Below are positions 38,263 to 43,901 of a stretch of DNA of 43,901 nt, in pieces. How positions within the stretch are numbered: position 1 is the stretch's first letter; every line of letters starts with the position of its first letter. The notes under the pieces were generated by a model. That model did no database searches. It was not told the origin of the DNA and worked only from the letters and a program-made list of their open reading frames with translations. Source of the DNA: Octopus sinensis (taxonomy: Eukaryota); assembly GCF_006345805.1 (NCBI RefSeq), contig NW_021834968.1:1-43901 (forward strand), in the 5' to 3' direction. Position numbers and translations under genes: made by a program.

Positions 38263-39148
38263 TTGAAAAGAGAAAAGGTAGAAGAGAGAGATAGAAAGTC
38301 CATGCAGGAAAGAAAGATGGTCAGGTCTGAGCAACGAGAGAGAGAAAGAGAAAGAGACGGACAGATAGATAGAGAATGGTGATGGGGAGAAAAAGAGGAT
38401 TATAGAGGATATGGTAGAAAACAGTATTGAGTAGATCGCATCAAAAAGGTTAAGATACCTTTTCTCTTTTCAAAGAAAATATTTTTCTCAGGTTCACTAT
38501 TTTCCCCCCTCGTTCAAGTCTACCGACCCTCCATGTTTGTTTCCGTTCAGTTTCCCAGTATGTCTCCACTGTTCTGTTTTTGTTCCCAATTTTGACTCGC
38601 CATAAATCCAAACTTATTTTGGTATTTATGGGAGCAACTGTCTTCGAAAACTCATATTATCATTGATTGTTCGAAATAGGGAGTAGATAGACAGTCGACA
38701 ACTGATGAACTTGTATTACTTGCCCTTTTTTTTCTTTCGTTATTTGCATATTTAACTCATTTGTTTTTGTATTTCATGTTGTTCACTGTTGGTGACGTCC
38801 TGTATCTATATATGCTATATATATAAATATATATATACACATATATAAATTATTTATATTATATATATACACATACATACATTCATATATACTTATATAT
38901 ATACACATACATACATTCATATATACTTATATATATACACATACATACATACATACATACATACATACATACATACATACATACATACATACATACATAC
39001 ATACATACGTACGTACATACATACATACATACATACAAATAAAGTTTTGGACGGAAGAGTTGAAAGTGACTTCGGCTCCCTCGCCTTCATCAGTCAGATG
39101 TACTAAAAAATGTACTAAAATATTGAGTGATTCCACATTTATACATAC

Positions 39149-39196
<48 letters not shown>

Positions 39197-39367
39197 TATA
39201 TATATATAATATATATATATATATAAAAGTAATTTAGATTCAAGTCAATTCTAATGATTTACTTGAATGCGGTACTTAACTTAGATGCACCAGAAAACTA
39301 TATGGTGTTAACCATACAGTAATGTGGGGTGATTATAAACGAGAAGAAGCAACAAGAATGAATAGTT

Positions 39368-39456
39368 TTTAGTACAATTGTTTCATACAAAGACAGGCTT
39401 TATTAAAAGTTGCAAAAATTGCAGCAGATAAAAGTGTCCCGTACTCATCAGCTAAA
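39368..39456 (-). ncRNA. Hammerhead ribozyme with extended stem II (left arm)
   Basis: TTTAG-CTGATGA-[~60 nt hairpin]-GAAA-CAATTG-TA-CTAAA. Confidence 0.8.
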
Positions 39457-39825
39457 TACATATGAGTTCTCCAACATCTTAGTGGGTGAGGCTATACTCA
39501 TGAATTATTGGAGATAATTTCATTAAAAGCAGATTTAGGTTGTAAACAGATTTCCGAAGTTCCTTAATGATGATGCACAGTCTTATCACAGGTTTTTTAA
39601 TAAAAGCTTATTAGCTTCACAGAGAAGGTGAATTAATCCGTAGTGTAGATGTAATTTCCAGAGATATGAGGAGAATTTCATACTCACAGACGATGAATTT
39701 ATCCATGGTAATCCACAATGAGGTGGGTATCATTTCATGCTATATGATAAGGTATTTGCCACATTACTGTTCTTTTCACAAGACTGCTAAGTTATGACTT
39801 CTAAAGGCTGAAGGAATTTTTGTGG

Positions 39826-40087
39826 AGCAAAGAAAAGAAAAGAAAGGAAAGAGAAGAAAAGAGACAAGGAAAAGGAAAAAGAAAAAAGAAAAAGGAAAAA
39901 GAAAAAAGGAAAAAGAAAAAGGGAAAACAAAAAAGAAAAAAGAAAAAAGGAAAAGAAAAAAAGGAAAAGAAAAAAGAAAAAAGAAAAAAGGGGAGAAGAA
40001 AAGAAAAAAGGAAAAAGAAAAAAGAAAAAAGAAAGAAGAAAAAGAAAAAGAAAAAAGGGGAAAGAAAAAAGGGGGAAAAGAAAAAGC
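39826..40087. repeat. (GAAAA/GAAAAA)n purine tract inside the PLE arm; mirrored, shorter, at ~42617-42830
   Basis: Direct reading. Confidence 0.9.
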
Positions 40088-40859
40088 GCCCACATAGAGT
40101 ATACTGTGACAACTTAGAGGGAAAGAGTTCTAAAGTGACATACTACACAGAAGAATTTGTAGACGGCCTGGCTGGCTTGAATTTGCAAGAATCCAGGAAC
40201 TATAAGGAGAATATTATTTTTGACCAGTAAAACAGCTATTTATTGCCAACCTGACGTAGTTGAAAGCAGATATGAATCTAAAGAGAATCTAAAGAGATAA
40301 CAAGTCGGGTAGAGGGGTCAAAGGCTATCATCAAAAGGAAATACGTTAAGAGAAAAATCTAAGTGCAATCCTAACAGAGGTCATTTAAATTTATTTATTT
40401 ATTTATTCCTGCTACTGTCTCAAATTGTTGCCGTTACTATCTATACATTGACAGACTACAGGTCAAAACTTAGAAGATTAGTTTACAAGGGTGTGATGGA
40501 ATTGTCTATTATTTTGAAATTTCTCATACTACTTTTCAAGGAGTAGCCTTACTTATTTAAATTTGTAATAGAATTATGAAGCCTAAGTAACTTATTTATT
40601 AAGTTGTGTTCCTAAATTAGATTAAATTAAAATTAAAATTAAAAATTAAGATTTAAAATTAAATAAAACTTCATTTAGCAACGTACAAGTACTATTTATT
40701 TCCTTGTGCTCAAAATCAGGTGCAGTTATAAAGAAAAAGATAACTATAGTGTGAGAACTCGCAGTTATCTACTTAAAAATTAAAGTAAAGCTATACTAGT
40801 AAGAACCCAGCTATATTTATCTATCTATCTATCTTGTTACGATTATTCTATACAGTAAT

Positions 40860-42212
40860 TCATTTTAAATATTTTAGAGTCTTCAATTTAGCGTGGACAC
40901 AAACTTGACCTATTTCAATATGGTTATTTAACAAACCTCTATTTTTTCTATGCCTTAGAATTTCATAGGTCTCCATGGAGCAGAGTTGGCAACCAGCCCT
41001 GTTATTTTTATACGGCATTGCTCTCCTAACTATTTCCCAATTAAGGTTATAATTCCTGTTATTATTTTTGAGTTCCCAGATCTTACTTGAAAGTGTGGTG
41101 GTACCAGCTTTATGACGTAATTTAAAAGATGAGATGTGATTTCTAACTTTGTCTTTAAAATTTATCGTACAACCAATGTAAAAAAATTTGTTATTCTCAG
41201 TAGATATGGTACATTTATAGATTACGTTATTTTCCCCGCATAGACCAGGTGCCGGGCATTTTGACTTAATTCTACACTTGCACGCAGGAGGAACAACTTC
41301 AGATGTTGGATTATTCATGGGTAGATGTCTTATGTTCCTGTTATTTTGATTATCATGAGTATAATTATCTTTATTATTATTATTATTTTTATAGTTGGTG
41401 CTGCTATCTAAAGCATTGTTATTACTTATTGATCCTTCTGCTCCATCTTTTAGGTCTAAAGTCCTAACATGATTATTTACATTATTGGTAATGTTACTAT
41501 TATTGCTAGTATTTTTATCAAACTGTATATTGTTGTTATAGATATCACTGATATTTTCATTCTCTGTATTTTCTCTATTAGCCTTACTTCTATTATTAAC
41601 ATTATTACTTCTTTTAATATCGATATTATTATTACTCCTATTAATGTTAATATTATTATTAGTCATTCTGTGGTTACTGATTCCATCCATGTTTTGATAG
41701 TTACTATTGTTGCGTTTATTGTTGGTAGTATTATTATAATTGTTATTGGTATTCATGTTGGTATTATTATTTTTATTTTTATCTTTCCTGGCTAGCTTAA
41801 TGTTGTTATTATTAATCTTAGCTATTAAAGTGGACATATTTGGGAGGGTTGAATAAGAAATCCTAACTGTTTTCTTAGAAATAATTCTATGATATCTATG
41901 AGAGATTGGGAAATTTTTTTCCAGAATTACTTTGAATTTGCTCTGTATATCCGATTGAATCGCACAGTTGAAAGGAATATTCAGCCATATTATATCTTTC
42001 TTATTAAATTTCCTTGAATTAGAATCAGGGTTCGTAGAATTATTACTATTCATCTCATCAAAGTCATTGTACTTATTACTATTATTTGTGTGCATCTTTG
42101 ATTTATCTAATTCGATTTTATCCGAGTTACCTATGCTTTGGTCTTTTCTTCTATTTGAATTATTGGGCTTGTACGCTAGATTTGCGGTTACCGTGAATAA
42201 CAATTCCATCAC
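40860..42212 (-). CDS. PLE linker plus GIY-YIG endonuclease ORF, RT absent, with large Asn-rich insertion (450 codons)
   Basis: 'IIWLNIPF..KNFPISHRYHRII..TVRISYSTLPN', 'CKCRIKSKCPAPGLC', 'NVIYKC..FYIGCTINFKDKVRNHISSF', 'LSSKIWELK', 'CQLCSMETYEI', 'LLN', 'CVH'; motif style fits Naiad/Neptune-type PLEs (group not confirmed); expression unknown. Confidence 0.8.
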   Translation of the reverse strand: MMELLFTVTANLAYKPNNSNRRKDQSIGNSDKIELDKSKMHTNNSNKYNDFDEMNSNNSTNPDSNSRKFNKKDIIWLNIPFNCAIQSDIQSKFKVILEKNFPISHRYHRIISKKTVRISYSTLPNMSTLIAKINNNNIKLARKDKNKNNNTNMNTNNNYNNTTNNKRNNSNYQNMDGISNHRMTNNNININRSNNNIDIKRSNNVNNRSKANRENTENENISDIYNNNIQFDKNTSNNSNITNNVNNHVRTLDLKDGAEGSISNNNALDSSTNYKNNNNNKDNYTHDNQNNRNIRHLPMNNPTSEVVPPACKCRIKSKCPAPGLCGENNVIYKCTISTENNKFFYIGCTINFKDKVRNHISSFKLRHKAGTTTLSSKIWELKNNNRNYNLNWEIVRRAMPYKNNRAGCQLCSMETYEILRHRKNRGLLNNHIEIGQVCVHAKLKTLKYLK

Positions 42213-43199
42213 ACCTTGTAAACTAATCTTCTAAGTTTTGACCTGTAGTCTGTCAATGTATAGATAGTAACGGCAACAATTTAAGACAGTAGCAGGAATA
42301 AATAAATAAATACATTTAAATGACCTCTTGTTAGGATTGCACTTAGATTTTTCTCTTAATGTATTTCCTTTTGATGATAGCCTTTGACCCCTCTCCCCTG
42401 ACCTGTTATCTCTTTAGATTCTCTTTAGATTCATATCTGCTTTCAACTACGTCAGGTTGGCAATAAAGCTGTTTTAACTGGTCAAAAATAATATTCTCCT
42501 TATAGTTCCTGGATTCTTGCAAATTCAAGCCAGCCAGGCCGTCTACAAATTCTTCTGTGTAGTATGTCACTTTAGAACCCTTTTCCTCTAAGTTGTCACA
42601 GTATACTCTATGTGGGCGTTTTTTCTTTTCCCCCTTTTTTCTTTCCCCTTTTTTCTTTTTCTTTTCTTCTTTCTTTTTTCTTTTCTTCTCCCCTTTTTTC
42701 TTTTTTCGTTTTTCTTTTCCTTTTTTTTCTTTTCCTTTTTTCTTTTTTCTTTTTCCTTTTTCTTTTTTCTTTTTCCTTTTCCTTGTCTCTTTTCTTCTCT
42801 TTCCTTTCTTTTCTTTTCTTTGCTCCACAAAAATTCCTTCAGCCTTTAGAAGTCATAACTTAGCAGTCTTGTGAAAAGAACAGTAATGTGGCAAATACCT
42901 TATCATATAGCATGAAATGATACCCACCTCATTGTGGATTAACCATGGATAAATTCATCGTCTGTGAGTATGAAATTCCTCCTCATATCTCTGGAAATTT
43001 ACATCTACACTACGGATTAATTCACCTTCTCTGTGAAGCTAATAAGCTTTTATTAAAAACCTGTGATAAGACTGTGCATCATCATTAAGGAACTTCGGAA
43101 ATCTGTTTACCAACCTAAATCTGCTTTTAATGAAATTATCTCCAATACTTCATGAGTATAGCCTCGCGCCCACTAAGATGTTTGGAGAACTCATATGTA

Positions 43200-43289
43200 T
43201 TTTAGCTGATGAGTACGGGACACTTTATCTGCTGCAATTTTTGCAACTTTTAATAAAGCCTGTCTTTGTATGAAACAATTGTACTAAAA
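43200..43289 (+). ncRNA. Hammerhead ribozyme with extended stem II (right arm)
   Basis: TTTTAG-CTGATGA-GTACGGGACA..TGTCTTTGTAT-GAAA-CAATTG-TA-CTAAAA; stem I 6 bp; predicted cut after 43283. Confidence 0.83.
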
Positions 43290-43329
43290 CTAATCCATTC
43301 TTGTTGCTTCTTTCTCCTATATATATATA

Positions 43330-43362
<33 letters not shown>

Positions 43363-43419
43363 ATAATGTGGATCAAATTTTTTCGAAAAAAAACATAATA
43401 TAATATGATATAATATAAT

Positions 43420-43639
43420 AATAAATAATATATAATATATGCATATATACATACGTATATGTACATACCTACATATATATGTATATATACATGCATATAT
43501 GGGTACAGGACATAAAAAAACGTGAACACAATGAGAAACGAAACATAAAAGAAATCTTTTTGGAACAACTGAAAAACAGAGAACCGAGATATGCAACATA
43601 TCATCAGTTGTCCCTGCTTCATCTACTCTGCATTTCGAA

Positions 43640-43640
<1 letters not shown>
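43420..43640. mobile_element. Non-autonomous dispersed repeat ('TACAGGAC' family; related copies ~29140-29290, 37590-37870, 38640-38820)
   Basis: Shared ATGCATA..GTAC.TACCTACAT..TACAGGAC and TCATCAG.TGTC..TTTCGAA blocks. Confidence 0.6.
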
Positions 43641-43780
<140 letters not shown>

Positions 43781-43901
43781 CTGAAAAATAAGAAAACGGA
43801 GCTATAACATTTAATAAAGATTTATTATCAGCAAAAATTTAACATAGTCCCTTGTTTCATCTAAGCCCAATAAAGATTAAATAAATATTATTAAGATCAT
43901 T

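Larger units (their letters stand above)
39228..43316 (-). mobile_element. 5'-truncated PLE with ~1.15 kb inverted terminal arms (39341-40505 / 42200-43316)
   Basis: GIY-YIG ORF between the arms; arms near-identical reverse complements, each with a hammerhead; (TA)n at both outer flanks. Confidence 0.92.

Noticed and set aside
39776-40230. Lys/Arg-rich and Phe-rich ORFs (also 42406-42874)
   Set aside because: Translations of the (GAAAA)n tract in the PLE arms
42900-43170. Possible second GIY-YIG C-terminus remnant in the arm ('RLCIIIKE..AFNEIIS')
   Set aside because: Similarity is weak and no consistent frame emerges even after reconciling indels between the two arms

Overview
AT-rich, microsatellite-dense eukaryotic DNA made almost entirely of repeats. 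It is most likely an intron or intergenic region of an octopus/coleoid cephalopod; this is inferred from the abundant tRNA-derived SINE types, not from a database hit. I can support no host protein-coding exon, rRNA, true tRNA or CRISPR array, and most ORF-track entries are translated microsatellites. Recognisable elements: decayed Tc1/mariner and hAT transposases; CR1-group and RTE LINE fragments; a near-full-length but decayed Dong/R4-type RLE retrotransposon plus shorter fragments sitting in (TAA)n arrays; MITEs; many SINEs; and Penelope-like element (PLE) pieces. The most striking signal is a recurring fold-back PLE architecture (3.2-3.7 kb, 14.0-15.2 kb, 39.2-43.3 kb, possibly 26.0-27.3 kb). 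In three of these, near-identical inverted arms carry outward-facing hammerhead ribozyme motifs; four have complete cores with a palindromic ACAATTGT stem III. Several variant or decayed hammerheads occur elsewhere. The largest element encloses an uninterrupted RT-less, Asn-expanded GIY-YIG ORF whose start codon is donated by the inverted arm. Hammerheads and inverted termini are known in PLEs in general; what may be new is this specific combination and its density here. All coordinates were read by eye and may be off by a few bases.
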